A stretch of 64,000 bases of DNA from Paraspadella gotoi (lineage: Eukaryota > Animalia > Chaetognatha), in NCBI GenBank assembly GCA_051294375.1, contig CM119267.1, forward strand, positions 4,695,885 through 4,759,884, in the 5' to 3' direction. A model generated the notes under the pieces. That model ran no database searches, was not told the origin of the DNA, and saw nothing but the letters and a program-made list of their open reading frames with translations. Positions 26,843 through 41,256 of this stretch are shown in pieces (positions within the stretch are counted from its first letter, which is position 1; each line of letters begins with the position of its first letter). The position numbers and the translations under genes are program-made.

Positions 26843-29800
26843 ATGGCTCGGGTGACGTCGACCTCGGTTTTCGCCGTCCTCGTCGCCTTGACGACCATCT
26901 CTCCTCGCGCCCAACTAATGCCGGCAGCGCGGAGTGCCGCTCAAACAAATGATATTCTTACTTTTCCGGAAACGACACGAGCGAAGGTGAGAGAGCCTAT
27001 TTTATTAACTAATTATGCGACCGCTAAATTAAAAATCAGAATTAAATAAAAACCTTTGTATAAATTAACAATTATAAGTCTCGCTTTCAAGGATGGGGGG
27101 GCCACTGCCCACCCGAAGAAAGCTTCTCGAGAATATTTAAAATTTTTGTTTTGTCTTTTTTTTTTTATGAATTTTATCTCTGGAGCGAAGGCGCGACATT
27201 TCTTGAAAAGAAGGAATGGCCGAAGAAAAAAATGTGTTTTTTTATTCGATATTTATGATTTTTCAGTTCGAACGAGAAATAAGAGGCCGTGCATCTTGAA
27301 TTATGAAAGTTTTTGTGGTGAGCGTGAGAGAAGATAGAATGAAGCTGAGAATGTGAGGAGCTGAATTCTTAATGTTATTATTCGATTATGGCTCGGCGGT
27401 TAAGAAACCCGTTACCAAGGAGACAGAAATGCCCTTCTTTTTCGCTACCAAGGCTATTTTGATGTGATAAATCACCATGAGTCATATTTTCTCTCTCTCT
27501 CTCTCTCTCTTTTTCTAGTTGGTTCTCTCAAAGATGACGATCGATCGAGAAAAGGGAGAAATCTACGTCGGTGCCGTCAACTCTCTCTTCCAACTTTCTT
27601 CGAACCTTCAAGTGGAGCGATATGTCGAGATTGGCCCACGGTTGGATTCCATCCAATGCGCCACGAGGTAAGGATTTGTCTAGAAGAAATAATTAATAAT
27701 TAATAGCTAATACTACTTATTTATTCCCCTATTCTTCCTTTTCAGGGAGGAATCCAGCTGCGCGGCGGATCGCGTCCTCACCGATGCCCACGTCAAGGTG
27801 TTGATGATCGACCGACGCCACGATCGACTCGTCGTCTGCACCTCCCTCTACCAAGGCACCTGTCATCGGCACCAGCTGGGTAACGTGGCGACGAAAGACG
27901 ACTCCGGAAGTTCCGAGCATGTCGTTGCCAACGACGCCGACAGCTCCACCGTGGCTTTCGTCGCCCCAGGTGAGGGGATTGTGATTATAAATCGGTTTTA
28001 ATTTAAGAAAACTTATAAAATTAGATTCTATGTATTAAACATTACGTTTTTTTATGATTTTTATTCGATCTTTAGTTCATTATTTATCACCATGACCCAT
28101 TACCATCCTCTAAACGACAGGCCCCATCAACCGTGAACCTGTGATGATGGTGGGCGTGACCTTCACCGGACGCGGTCGTTACCGCGAATATGTTCCGGCC
28201 ATCGCCTCACGCCGGCTCGATACTCCCAACGTCTGGGGTCTCGCCGTCCCCTCGGGCCCCAACTTCAAATCCACCGAATTTAAACTCGAAGCCTCGACGA
28301 GGGCCTCCTTCAGGTGAGTTCGGGGGAGATTGCTTATCTGGAGGAATTGAGGAATTTTAGGGAGAGATATCTTAAATGTATTGCCGGAGATAGAATGGAA
28401 AAAAGGGGAAAAAATAAGAACTAAAAGAAAAAAGAATGCAAGAAAAAATGAATTTTTCAGTAAATAAAATATTATAAATGGTTCAATGACACAATAACTC
28501 TGTTACAACTATCTAAATAGTATCAGTATTCAGTATCAGTCAAAAAACCGTAATTATTAAATAGTAAATTTTAAATAAATGAAAGAATAGTTATTACACG
28601 AAAGAAATGTTGACGGCCGATCGAAAATAATTTCCTCATCTTATTCCGACCTCGACTTCTTCTTTATTCGAAACGACACAGATTGTCCGTTTCCCGACAA
28701 CGCCCTCTGGGCCTTTAGTCAGAAACGCAATTCGGCTTTAAAAAAAGAAATTGATTTAACGACCGTGACCAAAATCCGCGCTACGGTTGGAGTCCGTTTC
28801 TCGCTTCGTCTCTTTTCTCAAAAAAGCCGTCTCGCTCTCTCTCTCTCTCTTCCAGAATCAACTACGTCTACGGCTTCTCGGCCTCTGGCTTTTCCTTCTT
28901 CGTCACGACGCAACGCGAGTCGACGCAATCCTCCAAGTTTCTCTCCAAAATCGTTCGCCTTTGCGAGGAGGACGAGGAGTACATCTCTTACACGGAGATT
29001 CCCTTGGTCTGCACGTCGGGCGGGCGAGACTATAATTTAGTGCAGGTCGGAGGGAGTAACCCGAAATTTACGTGTCATAAGATTCATTCTATTCCCGTTC
29101 TTGTATTATTTTCCCCTTCACTTTCTCTTTTTTGCAATTTTCTAGTCCGCCTTTGCGTCTTCCGCTGGCGCCGATCTCGCGGCGTCCCTGTCCATCGGCG
29201 CCGGGGATCTTGTTCTCTTCGCCACATTTTCCGAGTCGCGTCCGGAGCCGGAGCAGCAGCTGCCGAGCAGTCGGAGCGCCGTTTGCCTTTTCTCTCTCGA
29301 CTCGATCCAAAATGCTTTCACGGAAAACATCAAAAAGTGCTTCCGCGGCGAAGGGTTTCAGGTGATTAGTTAAGGCATTAGATCAAGCGAAAATACTCGA
29401 CTGTAGTTATCTAAACAATCGACCTTTTTCTTTTTCCTTCTTCCCCTTCCCCTTTTAGGGCCTCGATTTCACCGGCCGAACGGTTCCTTGCAACCCGGTG
29501 GCCGTTCACATCGGGCCAGATTTTTGCGGCGATCTTTCGAACAATCCGCTGGGAGGTGACGACCCCGCCGCCGCCAACGCTTCTCTCATCTTCTCCAATC
29601 ATCGACTCACCTCCATCGTGGCCACCACCACCCATCACGCCACCGTCGCCTTCGTCGGAACCGACGATGGAGAACTTAAAAAGGTAAGTTGCCATTTACA
29701 ATCGCCGAGTTCACCCGTTTTAATTGAACATTCGTTGTACTAACTTACCCGATCTCCCGATCGCCCGCCGGCATCGCCCCCAACAATCCTCCTCTCACAC

Positions 29801-31906
29801 TCATCCATCCATCCATCGTCAGGTCGTCTTCGAGTCGGCGTCTCGCGCCCACGCCTACGCCTCCATCCCTTCCTCCACGACCGGTGGGGGATCGACTCCC
29901 GTCCTTCCCGACACTGCGCTCGATGCCGCCGGCGACCGGATCCTTGTTCTCCGCCCATCCGGCCTCACTTCGATCCCCATCGCCGACTGCGGCGTCCACG
30001 CTTCCTGCGAAGCCTGTCTCGGCGCCAAGGACCCTTACTGCGGGTGGTGTTCGTTGGAGAGCAAGTGCAGCCGCAGGGCCGAGTGCGCAGCATCGATGGT
30101 GAGAGGGATTTGACGGGTGTATAAGGTTGTTCACCTTTAAAATTATCACACCAACTAAAAAAATATTTAAATAAAAAATTTGTATTCGTTGATTTTGCAG
30201 AGAAATAACGATGACGCCTACACCCGTTGGCTTCCCTACGATAAGGCCCAGTGCACGGCAATCAAACGCGTCATCCCCAAGTATCTCCAGATCCAAGCGA
30301 CGATGTCGTCGCTAGAGTTGGAGATCGTTAATCTTCCTGATCTTGGAGCCTCCCCGTCCTGGTTTTGCGTCTTTGAGAAAGAATTGGGGTCTGCGACGCC
30401 CGTTCTGACGCCCGCTTCGGCCGTCCAACGACCTGCCGATGACGCCCGGCGTTCCCGCTCGGTGCGGTGCCAGCCCCCAGCGCGGGAACTTCTGCCCAGA
30501 ATCCCGAAGGGTTCCGATCACGTGACCATTTGGCTCTCGGTCCGCGTGGACGGTCGCGACATAGTAACCACAAACTTCACCTTTTACGATTGCGGACGCC
30601 ACGCTTCTTGCTCGGCCTGCGTCTCGCGAGCCGACGCCAGCACCGGCGCCTTTCCCTGTTACTGGTGCATCCAACGCCACATCTGTACTCACTCGAGCGA
30701 GGACGAGTGCATGCAGGACACGATCGTGACGGCGTCGAACGAGTGGAGCCAACTGCGCGGCGTCGGTTCCTGCCCGCACGTCTCGTGGCCCGTCAAGGAG
30801 TTCGTCATCCCGGCCAAGACGGACTTCGCCATCAAGGTCAAAGGCGTCAACCTGCAGAGCTTCCAGAACAACTTCAAGTGCCAATTCCAATACGGCCCCG
30901 GCGACATCACCTCCGTTCCTGCCAATTTCAACAAGGTGCGGTTTCGGGTTGAGTGCTGTTACGAAAATGTCGTTGAAAATTTTAATTTTCAAAATTTCGT
31001 TTTTATAATACGATGAACCTCCAGTTGGGTCCGAATTTAGTAATTGACGATGACGTCGTTCTGGTTCGTTTTCGATAAAAAAAAAAAACCCTCGTTTTAA
31101 AATCGCGCAGGACCGAGAAGAAATCTCCTGCGAAAAGACGGAATTCCATTTCTCGGCCCGCTTGCCAAACATCACCGTTCCCTTTTGGATCAGGTCCGAA
31201 AAAATGCGAGGAGAAAGGAAGGAAGGAGGGAGAGAAAAAAAAATGGAACTCGAATTTTTTTTTTTTTTAAATATTTCTTTCGATGACGGTTTTCGTTTTC
31301 TTTTTAAAATGAAAAAAATCCATGTTGGAGTGAAACTCGAATCACCCTCACTCCCCACAATTTTTTTTTCAGTTGGGGCGGATCTGACAAGGCCTTGGAC
31401 AATCCGGACAACATCCGAGTCACGGTCTACAAATGCGAGTTCATGGCCGACAGCTGCGGCATTTGCCTCAGTCTCGAAAGGTTAAAACCTTTAAATTTAC
31501 AGGATTTTTGTTTTGCAGACATTTATTCTTTCCTTTTCACGACGGTTTTCAACTTTCCCCTTTAAGGGATTACATGTGCTCGTGGTGCGACGGGCAGAAC
31601 GGGCACCCACGAGGTTGCACGTTGCGAACCCAGTGCGGGTCGCCCGGTCGGCTCGAGACGGACGCCATTTGCCCAAACCCGCGCATCACATCGTTTTGGC
31701 CTCATTCCGGCCCGAAAGAGGGCGGGACTAATCTGACTATAGAGGGAGTTAACTTGGGTCGATCCGTGGATGACCTGCAAGACGGCATCAAGGTCGCCGG
31801 GGTTCCCTGCAGGATTCAGTCGGAGCACTATAAGAGGGTAAGTAATTAAAGATAATCGAAGAAAGGTTCGTTATGTAACAAGTAGTTGAGCCTATTTGTA
31901 TAACTT

Positions 31907-31943
<37 letters not shown>

Positions 31944-34900
31944 CACCATAGGCTTCGCGTGTGGCGTGCTCCACCGACTCCTCCTCTTTCGGCGCCACCG
32001 GCCACATCAGCATCGTCATCGTCGACGATTCGGGCGCCCGCGTCGCGACTGCCATTTCTTCGTCGCCCTTCTCCTACGTGACCCCGGTCGTGACTCACCT
32101 CTTCCCGCTCAAAGGACCCAAGAGTGGCGGAACGAAGATCACCATCCGCGGGCGATATCTTGATGCCGGAAGTCACATCGAGGCACGAATCGCCGGACTT
32201 CCTTGCATCATCATCGATCAAACTTCGACCGTGACCCACTGCATCACCTCCAAAGTCCCGGACGCGCGCAGCGCCGAAGACTTCCGTCTCCGCCGCACCG
32301 TCATGTCCGGCACGCTGCGGATGAGCTTCGACCGGGCGCGACTCGAGTTTTCCGACGCCACCTACGATTACATGGAGGATCCTACGGTGCTGAGAGTGGA
32401 GCCGGCGGCCGGCATCGTCTCCGGCGGCATCACCATTCAAGTCTTCGGCACCAACTTCGACACGATTCAGGAGCCGAGGATGTTCGTTGTCGCCGAAAAG
32501 TACGCCTACGATTCGCCCTGCGTCGTTAAGTCGCCCACGGCGATGACCTGTCTCTCGCCCAACGTCGCTGCCGCCGCCGCTCGCCCCGTCTCGAATCTGC
32601 CGACCAGGGGGCATCAGGACCCGGTTCCGCTGCCCTTTGGCTTCATTTTGGACAACGTTGCTACGGCTTTAAATTCCAGGTATGTTTTATTAGAAACTGG
32701 TTTTAAAAAAAAGAATTTTTTTATTAAAAAAAAAATCATTATTATAATTGTAACTTCCCCCTCCTCCAGCCACACTCTTAACACTGCCTTCATGATCTAC
32801 GGCGACCCCGAGTTCCTTCCCTTCAACGAACCCGAACGCGTCAAGCATTACAAATACGCACCTAACTCTTACGTGACGATCAACGGGCGAGATCTTAACC
32901 GAGTCGGGCGGGAGCGTGACGTCGTTGTTCGTCTCGGCTCCGAACGCTGCAACGTCACCTCGCTCGCCGCCTCTCAACTTAACTGCGAACCGCCGCCGGT
33001 GCAGCCGCCCTACCTCACTCTGGACGGCAAGACGGACCCCGATCGACTGCCGCAAGTGAGAGAGGGTTGAAGGGGGGGGGAAAAGGGATGAGGAATTTCT
33101 CTCGATTTTGATCGCGCAAAATGTTTTTGTCTTAAACTTTATTTTTCCTTTGTTTTTCCATTTATCTAATTCTTTTTTCCTCTCTCAAGGTCGTGGTCAT
33201 CGTCGGGAACCGGACCTTCGACATCGGATACCTGAGCTACGAGGACCTCGAGGTTTTATCGACGGCCGCCATCGCGGGCATCGCCATCGGCGGCGGCTTC
33301 CTAATCCTCGTCGTCATCTCTATCCTCATTGCCTACAAGCGGAAGTCGTCCGAATCGAGTCAGGTCCTAAAGAGGATGCAGACGCAAATGGATGTTCTCG
33401 AGAGTCGGGTGGCCAAGGAGTGCAAGGAGGCCTTCGCCGAATTGCAGGCGAGTATATAATGTATTCCTTATACATGTATGCTTATGATTTATAACGGACC
33501 AATCTAAATTCACTTATCCAGACTGACATGAGCGAGCTCAACTCTGACCTGGAGGCAGCGGGCATCCCTTACCTCGACTACCGTGTCTACGTGATGCGCG
33601 TCCTCTTCCCCAATGACCCCGACCACCCGCTGCTGCACCAGGACGAGCAGGCCAACAGCCAAGACCCTGTCAAGAACGAAAACGTAGAGCGCGGGCTGCG
33701 CCAATTCAATCACCTCCTCTGCAACAAGACCTTCCTCCTCATCTTCGTCCGCACGATCGAGTCCGACCGGAAGTACTTCAACATGCGAGACCGCGTCAAC
33801 GTAGCCTCGCTGCTAATGATCGTCTTCCAATGTAAGGACGTTGATCCATGATTAAAAGAGAAAGTGCACTTAGCCGTTTTTAGCCGTTCGTTAATCGAAT
33901 CGTCAATCCTTTTTTTTCTAGCCCGACTGGATTACTGCACCGACATCTTAAAAACGCTTTTATCGGAGCTCATCGCCGCCTCGGTAGAAGGCCGGTCGCA
34001 CCCCAAGTTGCTTCTGCGCCGCACCGAGTCGGTCGCCGAAAAGCTGCTCACTTGCTGGCTGACTTGTCTGCTGCACAAGTTCCTCCAAGAGTGCGTGGGC
34101 GATCCGCTCTTCATGCTTTTCAGGGCCATCAAACAGCAGGTGCAAAAAGGACCAATCGACGCGTTGACGGCTGAAGCAAGATACTCATTGTCGGAGGTGA
34201 GTTGAGAGTATTTGAGTTAACGATGACCCGAAAGTTGTAATAACAGTTCTGGATCCCCTTAATCAAGGATAAACTCCTCCGTCAACAAATCGACTTTTCT
34301 CCTCTGATCGTCAACGTGATCGGGATCGAGGGCGTGGCCATCTCCTCCGCGGTGGTCGGCGCCACGCCCTTCGACTCTCCGTCCGGCGCCAAGGGGGCCA
34401 CTGCCACTAACACCACCTCCGGCATGTACAGTCCGTCCACCGTCTCCGCCGGTTCCTCGCTGTACGGACCCGATTCGGCCACACCTCTCGCATGCGCCGG
34501 AGCCGACGTCGCCGAAACGTCGCTGTTCAACGCGACGCCAGCGCGCGAGGCGGGGCCCGGATTGACGCCGGACGTCGCAGGAGTAACGCCAGTCCGCGTC
34601 CTCGACTGCGACACGATCTCTCAATGCAAAGAAAAAATTCTAGACGCCCTCTACCGCAACACGCCCTACTCTCAGCGCCCCCATCGAGACGACTTGGATT
34701 TGGAATGGCGCTCCGGCGTTCATGGGCGCTTGATTCTCCAAGACGGTACAGGAGTCATTGCTAGATAATCCTTTAGCCCCGTAAATCTGGCTTTACTTAC
34801 TTGCGATTGCCCTTTTCTTTCTCAGAGGATCTAACGTCCTACAAGCCGGATGCTAGCGGCATGTTAAGCAACAGCGGTTCCATCTATCATCACGCCAGCC

Positions 34901-36385
34901 ACCATGGCAGCGTTAGAGGACACCACCACATCGCCAATAACGACGGAGATTGGAGGAAACTTAATACGTTAGCACATTACAAGGTAGGTTGTTGTTGTTG
35001 TTAGTTGTTAATTGTCTCTCGTCTCGCGGGGTGTTTGCTAAGTTCTTACGATCTTTCTGTTTCGGATTCAGGTGATCGATGGCGCCACCATGGCGTTAGT
35101 TCCTCGACAAGGGTCGGCGTTTAACCAGGGCGGTGCGGTCGGCCCAGCCCACCCCAATGCGCACGCCAACGGCCCTACCTCCAATACTTATTCGGAGATC
35201 TACGCGGGAACGGGCGGCCATCACACCCCCGGCCACGCCCCTAACAAATCGCCCGCCGCGGATCGCGCTAACTCTGTGGCTTCTCATCACTATTGGTCGC
35301 TCTCGTGGGCGTCACCCCGTCCGCTCCTGCTTAGGTCTCCGTCGCCTCTGTCCCTTTCTTCCCGAGCCATCACGCCCAGTCTAGACTCTGAGCCGGGATC
35401 GACGAACAGCAAAGTTTATCACTTGGTCAAACCTCCTACCGATTCAGGTTGGCATTAATAGCTTGCTTTTTAATTGATTGTCACTAAAAATGGATGAATG
35501 CTGAATGAAACCGGATCTTTTTGTTTTCTCCGTCCAGATGTCTCTGGCAAAGGAAAAGTCGGCGTCGGTTCCAGCGGCGCTGGAAGTCGCAGCGCCGATT
35601 CCGTCGCCGACGTTGTCGACCGATCCTCCAAGATGGTGTCGGAAGTCTACCTCACCCGTCTCTTGGCCACCAAGGGCACCCTCCAACAGTTCGTGGACGA
35701 TCTCTTCGAGACAATCTTCTCGACGGCCCACCGCGGCAACGCCCTTCCCTTGGCCGTAAAGTACATGTTCGACTTCCTCGACGAGGAGGCGGACAAATAT
35801 GGAGTCGTGGACCCGGAAGTCACGCACACGTGGAAAAGTAACTCTCTTCCGCTTCGCTTCTGGGTCAACATCATCAAGAACCCAGAGTTCGTTTTCGACG
35901 TCCACAAGCCGCCGATCGTTGACGCCTGCCTCTCCGTGACGGCGCAGACCTTCATGGACGCCTGCTCTGTGTCCGAGCATCGCTTGGGTAAAGACTCTCC
36001 CGCCTGCAAGCTTCTATACGCCAAGGACATTCCCAAGTACAAGCAGTGGGTCGAACGATACTATCGCGACATCTCGTCCATGGAGAAAATATCGGATCAG
36101 GTGAGAAAGTAGGGGCACGCGGTTAAAGTGGCTTTACCAAATATAAATTTGAAAACGAGGTTAAATCTCATTCAGGACATGAACGCGTTGTTGGCCGAAG
36201 CGTCCCGCGCTCACGCCGACGACTTCAACACGAGCTGCGCTCTGCACCAACTCTACGAATACGCGGTCCGCTACAACGACACGCTGGTGTCCGCGTTGGA
36301 GGACGACGACGTCGCCCGGCGAAACCGTCTCGCCTGGAAGCTAGAACAAGTCCACAGCACGATGCAGGGAGACGTGCACTGCTGA
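26843..36385 (+). CDS. PlexA: Plexin A semaphorin receptor, about 22 exons (first 26843-26986, second 27519-27667, last 36176-36385)
   Basis: Signal peptide; Sema domain ([57 protein letters not shown]); PSI ([18 protein letters not shown]); IPT domains ([27 protein letters not shown]); TM followed by [33 protein letters not shown]; split RasGAP ([41 protein letters not shown]). Confidence 0.97.
33448..33521 (+). other. Non-canonical GC-AG intron in Plexin A
   Basis: The conserved AFAELQ|TDM junction requires donor CAG|GCGAGT at 33448 and acceptor ccag at 33521. Confidence 0.8.
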
Positions 36386-37680
36386 AACTCTACTACACTT
36401 CACCTTCGACGAACGCTTATACCTTTTTTTGAGATGCATCGCTTGGCTCGCGTCCAAGCTTGAGTAAAAAAAATAATAGTAGACAATTGAGATCTCAACA
36501 ACGTGACTGTGGTTTACGGCACTCAGCTGTTATTACTTTTTTTTGGCAGGCAGCAAAGTTCATTTTTTCTTCGTGAGATATGCTTGGTCTGGCAAAATCG
36601 ATCGTGATTGTCCTATGTCCATTATATTCCTTTTTATTCGAGTTTTCTTTTTTTTTGTAGGAATCAAAGCAGTGTATCCACTTTTAGTTGTCATTCGTAT
36701 TTATACCGTTTTGTATTTAACGAAGTATTTATTAAGCAATATTAACCTTATTCTCCAATTGTTACGACCAGTGACACAGTTTTTTTTTCATTTATATTGA
36801 CAACAATGGTACTGATTTAAATATAATTTTGATAAAAAATTTTTAATGGTCGAAAATTTATTTCGGAAGTGCTATAGTTTTATTCCGCCGATTATTCGAT
36901 TGGCTTTTTTTTGTACCCTTCATCTGTTTTTATGTACGAAAGGAGAATGATTTTGATAAATTATATAATTAAAATTAATTATTTCCCAAACGAAATTTCC
37001 TAGAAATTTTAACATGTAGAAACGTGATGCTCCTACACTGTTAACCCAACACTGGTATCTATTAATCGTTGGTTAATTTTTTTGTATTCATCCAACATTA
37101 ATTTATCAATGTTCCTATTTATTATTGTTGTTCCTTTTTTACTTAGAGCCGACGGATATCGTAATACGCAATTTTTTCGTGCGTAACCGTCGCGACTTTA
37201 GTCTATATGCCCGTTCGCTCGTTTGTATGTTCGAATCCAATAATCCACGGTTTATCTCAATACCGCCTGAAATTTTGTTCGTTATCGTCTAAAGAAAAAA
37301 AAAACATTATGTGAATTCTTTTTTTAAACGGTTGTATTCACCTGTACAAACGAGTCATTCTTCAAGATCGACTAACAGTTTAAAAATAAAACAAACAAAC
37401 AAAAAAACCATTGAGAAAATAATTCAGTTTTTCACCGACGGTCGAATATATTTCTCGAATTGTATACGAAAACACAGTTTTGACCTCACACTAGCAGATA
37501 GATAACGTTTCTCTCTCTCTCTCCCGTTGAACTTGAAGTTTTCCCCCCTTTTAATCCCCGAAAACGTTTTTTGTCCTTTTTTTTTTTTGAAGGGCCCCTA
37601 GCAGCTACCGAACCTATTTCGCGAGTTATGATAGAAACTTTAACTGTGAACTATCGCAAGTTTGCCGCGCTCAACGAATC

Positions 37681-40600
37681 ATGCTGCCCGTCAATCGCGG
37701 CATCTGGCACGAGCAGCGGAAGCAGGAGCGGCGTCTCCGAGGCATGCTCGTCGATCATCGGAAACGGGCCGAACGACGACGAGCCTACTACGAGCAGATC
37801 AAGCTCGACCCCGCTCAATTTTTGCAGGTTGAAATTAACGCTTATCAGTTTTCGATATTTCGAGATGGGGGAAAGTCAAATTGTCACGCTAACTCGGCTA
37901 TCTGTCTGTCCATCTGTCCTTTCCAATTTCTTATTCTCTTCTCTTAACTCTCCCATTTTCTCTCTCTCTTTCCTTCTCTCCCTTTGCATTTGTCTCTCTC
38001 TCAGGTTCACGGTCGTCGAGTCAAGATCGGGTTCGAGACATCCTCGTCGAAATCCAGCGCTGACGCCATGATGCCGTGGCGCGGGGACAAGGAGAACCTG
38101 ATCGACCGGTTCGACGTCCGCGCCACCCTCGACCACATTCCCGACCCCTCCAAGAACCCCTCTCCGCCCGCGCTCTCCAAGGACGAGCAAATCGAGGAGA
38201 GGCGATCCAATTACGAACGATACAAGTCAGGAAAAGACGCAGTTTGTTCTCTTCTTCTCCAGATGGGCCTTTTTTGGGATCCGTGTTGGCGATTTCCGTT
38301 GATACTCTTTTTTTTTTTCATTTAATTCAATGTTTTTCCAATTGATTAAAAAAAAAAAAAATAATCAAAATCATTATACGTATTGTTATTAACAGTACTT
38401 AATAAATAATAAAATTAACCCATTAATAAGGAGGTAAATAATAATTTTAATTTCTAACGGCCGCGTATCTCTTGTTGATAAACGAAAACGTTTTTGAGGC
38501 GCCGCGCTTAAACCGAATCGTTTTTTAGGTTGCTGGTGGAGAACGAATATGCTGGTTTTTCCGAAGAGCAAATTTTGCAGCAAATATTCATTGACGAACA
38601 ATTTCCTGCCGAAGAAGCGGCCAAAGCGGCCGAGGCCCAGAAAAAGAAACTGGCCCCGACCAAAGCCGCCATTGGGTATGATTACAATGAGGTCGGTATG
38701 TTTTTTTTAATTCGCTCGCGTGGGAGAGTCCCGAAAACCTTTTTTTTTTTCGACATTGAAATTATCCGATATTTTTTTTCTAAACTAATAAAAGTAAAAT
38801 CGCACTTGCTTCGTATTATTTGGACGCCCGATTCGGCGATATAATTCGGGGGGGGGGATACCAAGATGATTTCAAGACTATTTTTGGGCTAGCTTTTAGA
38901 AAAAAACAATTTTCTCTCATGAAATCAAAAATTCGAGTTTGTTTCTCGAGGACTTGATTTATATTTCAAATATCATAAGGCATGGTTTTAGAACAATCTA
39001 GAATTTCGTCTTAAACACTTTTTAATAATCAATAATAAGCTTTATACCTGAAACAAATTTTTCAAAGGCCCTTTATCCACTGGAAATAATTCTATTTTCT
39101 TATTACCTTTTTATCCCTCCCTTCTTTCGCTGCCTCTCTCCTCTTTCGACGGCAACCCGAATTCAGTCGGACTCTTACGAGAGTCGTTCCTCCAAATCGA
39201 AATCGAAGGAGACGGAGGAGGCCGACGACGAAGAAGACGACGACATCGATTTGGACGCGACTCTCGACATCGAGAAACTGACCAAGGATCAACTCAACGA
39301 GCTCGACGTCATCGCTCTCAATTTCGGGATGAAGAAGCGTGACTTTTTGACTTTCCTTGAAGTCGATCAGGACGAGGCGGAGACCAAAAGGTCGTTTGAC
39401 TTCGAGTTTCCGGGATTTTTTCCTCTCTCTCTCTCTCTCTCTGGCTACGTTTGAGAGAGGATTTTTTTTTTTTTTATTTAGATTGACTTTTGATAATTCC
39501 TGTCCCAAGGATTTCAATAATGGGAACTTTTTTCCCCTCGGCCTCTTTCTTTTTCTCTCGCAACAGGATGGTTCAGATGATGGAGGAGGAAAAGGCTCAG
39601 CACTCTGGACGAAAAGGACGCCAAAAACGACGGGCCATCCGCGGCCGACTCCCCGGACGCCGTCGTTTCGATGAGGATCGCACGGAAGCGAACACGCCAA
39701 TCTACGCACAAAGATCGAGTCCTAATTATTCCCGATTTCGTCGATCTTCGTCAAAGTCGTCGTCGTCGCGGTCGTCGTCTCGTTCACCTGAACCGAAATC
39801 TTCTGCCAAGAGAGTCACCTATATCTCGACCTTCGCTAAAGGAGGCGACGACTCCGACGATGGTTCCCGCGCGCCGAAGGTCGGCCCCGCGCTGCCGCCG
39901 CCGCTGCACCCGCTTCCGCTACCGAAAGCCCTGGCGGCCCCGGTTTCGACGAAGGAATTGAAAAAAGGAGCCAATTCGCTTTTAGCCTCCATTAGAGAAG
40001 CCACTCAAAAGAGCGTCGCCTTGACGGGCCTCGAGAACATTCCCGAATCTCCCTCTGCCCCGACGTCGGCGCCGTCGATCAACGCCGGGGCGGCCCCGGC
40101 TTTTCCCGCGGGACCTCTCGTCGGTCAGCCGCCGCCGCCGGGAATTGAGGCGGCGCCGGCCGCTCCGATCGTTAATCCTCACAGCGTCTTCAAACCTTCG
40201 TTAGCTCCGCTTTCATCGCGACCGAGAAATAGATCCTCGTCTTCCTCGTCGTCCGAAAGCCCCGACGGCTCAAGCGGAAGAGAGCGCTATCGAGCAGGCG
40301 CTGTATCTCGCGACCCTATGGGCAAAGCCGACGCAGGGCGCGCTCCCGTCAAAGCCACGCCTCAGGAAAAGCTTAAGCTAAAAATGAAGGCTCTCCTGAA
40401 CAAGCAATTTAAGGAAGACAAGCGGCAGGAGAACGAGCGAAAAACGAAGAGAGAGGCTGAGGAAAATCAGAGAGACGAAGAGTTGAGACTTTTGAGTCTC
40501 GAGTTACGACGCAAAGAGCGCGAGCGTCGTCACCGGGATCGCGGCGGCGCCCCCGGAAGCACAGACAGCGACGACAGCGACGTCTCGTCGCCCGCGAGAG

Positions 40601-41256
40601 ACCGGAAGCGTCGATCCCGTTCCGTCTCGGCGAATCGGTCGCGCTCCCAGTCGCGAAAGAGTGAGGCCGGAACGCGCAGCCCCTCGCCGCCTCTCTGTCC
40701 ACCCGGCGTCGACATCGACGAGTTGATGCGGGAGAACCGACGCACGGAGACGCGAGGCCGGGGGGGCGAAAGAAACGAGAGGGGAGATCGGGGTGAACGT
40801 GGGGAACGGGGAGAGAGGGGTGAGCGGGGCGAACGAATTGAACGAATCGAACGTGGCGAACGAGTTGACCGGGTGGAACGTGCGGAACGCGCGGAACGCG
40901 CCGAGAGAACCGATCGTACAGAACGGCCCGAGCGGGCGGAAAGGAGCGACAGACGCGAGCGCGGGGATGAGAGGATTCGGGAGAGAACTAGAGACAGAAG
41001 CAGGGACAGACCTAGGGCAAGGGAGTACGATAGACGCGGACGGAGGGAAAGGAGCGGAGAAAGGAGTAGGAACAGGAGCATGGACAGAAGAAGGGACAGG
41101 AGCAGGGACAGGAGCAGAGAAAGGAGCAGGAGTCGCGAATGGCGAAGAAGGTCGAGAAGTCGGAGTCGTGACAGAAGAAGAGAAAGGGACGGTAATAGGA
41201 CGACGGCGTCCGTTGAAAACAAGGGAAATTCAGTCAGAAAATTGGTCGACTATTAA
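37681..41256 (+). CDS. CLASRP: CLK4-associating serine/arginine-rich splicing regulator, exons 37681-37827, 38005-38225, 38529-38691, 39167-39390, 39567-41256
   Basis: WHEQRKQERRLRGMLVDHRKRAERRRAYYEQIKLDPAQFLQVHGR; DRY_EERY/SWAP-type MPWRGDKENLIDRFDVRATLDHIP...NYERY; TPQEKLKLKMKALLNKQFKEDK; RS-rich tail ending LVDY*. Confidence 0.93.
40765..40975 (+). repeat. Coding 9-bp-period repeat (x-[E/D]-R triplets) in CLASRP
   Basis: Translation GERNERGDRGERGERGERGERGERIERIERGERVDRVERAERAERAERTDRTERPERAERSDR. Confidence 0.85.

Noticed and set aside
30312-32614. Long minus-strand ORFs over Plexin A (and similar ones over smo, SETD2 and CLASRP)
   Set aside because: Antisense shadows of GC3-rich coding exons with no recognisable domains.
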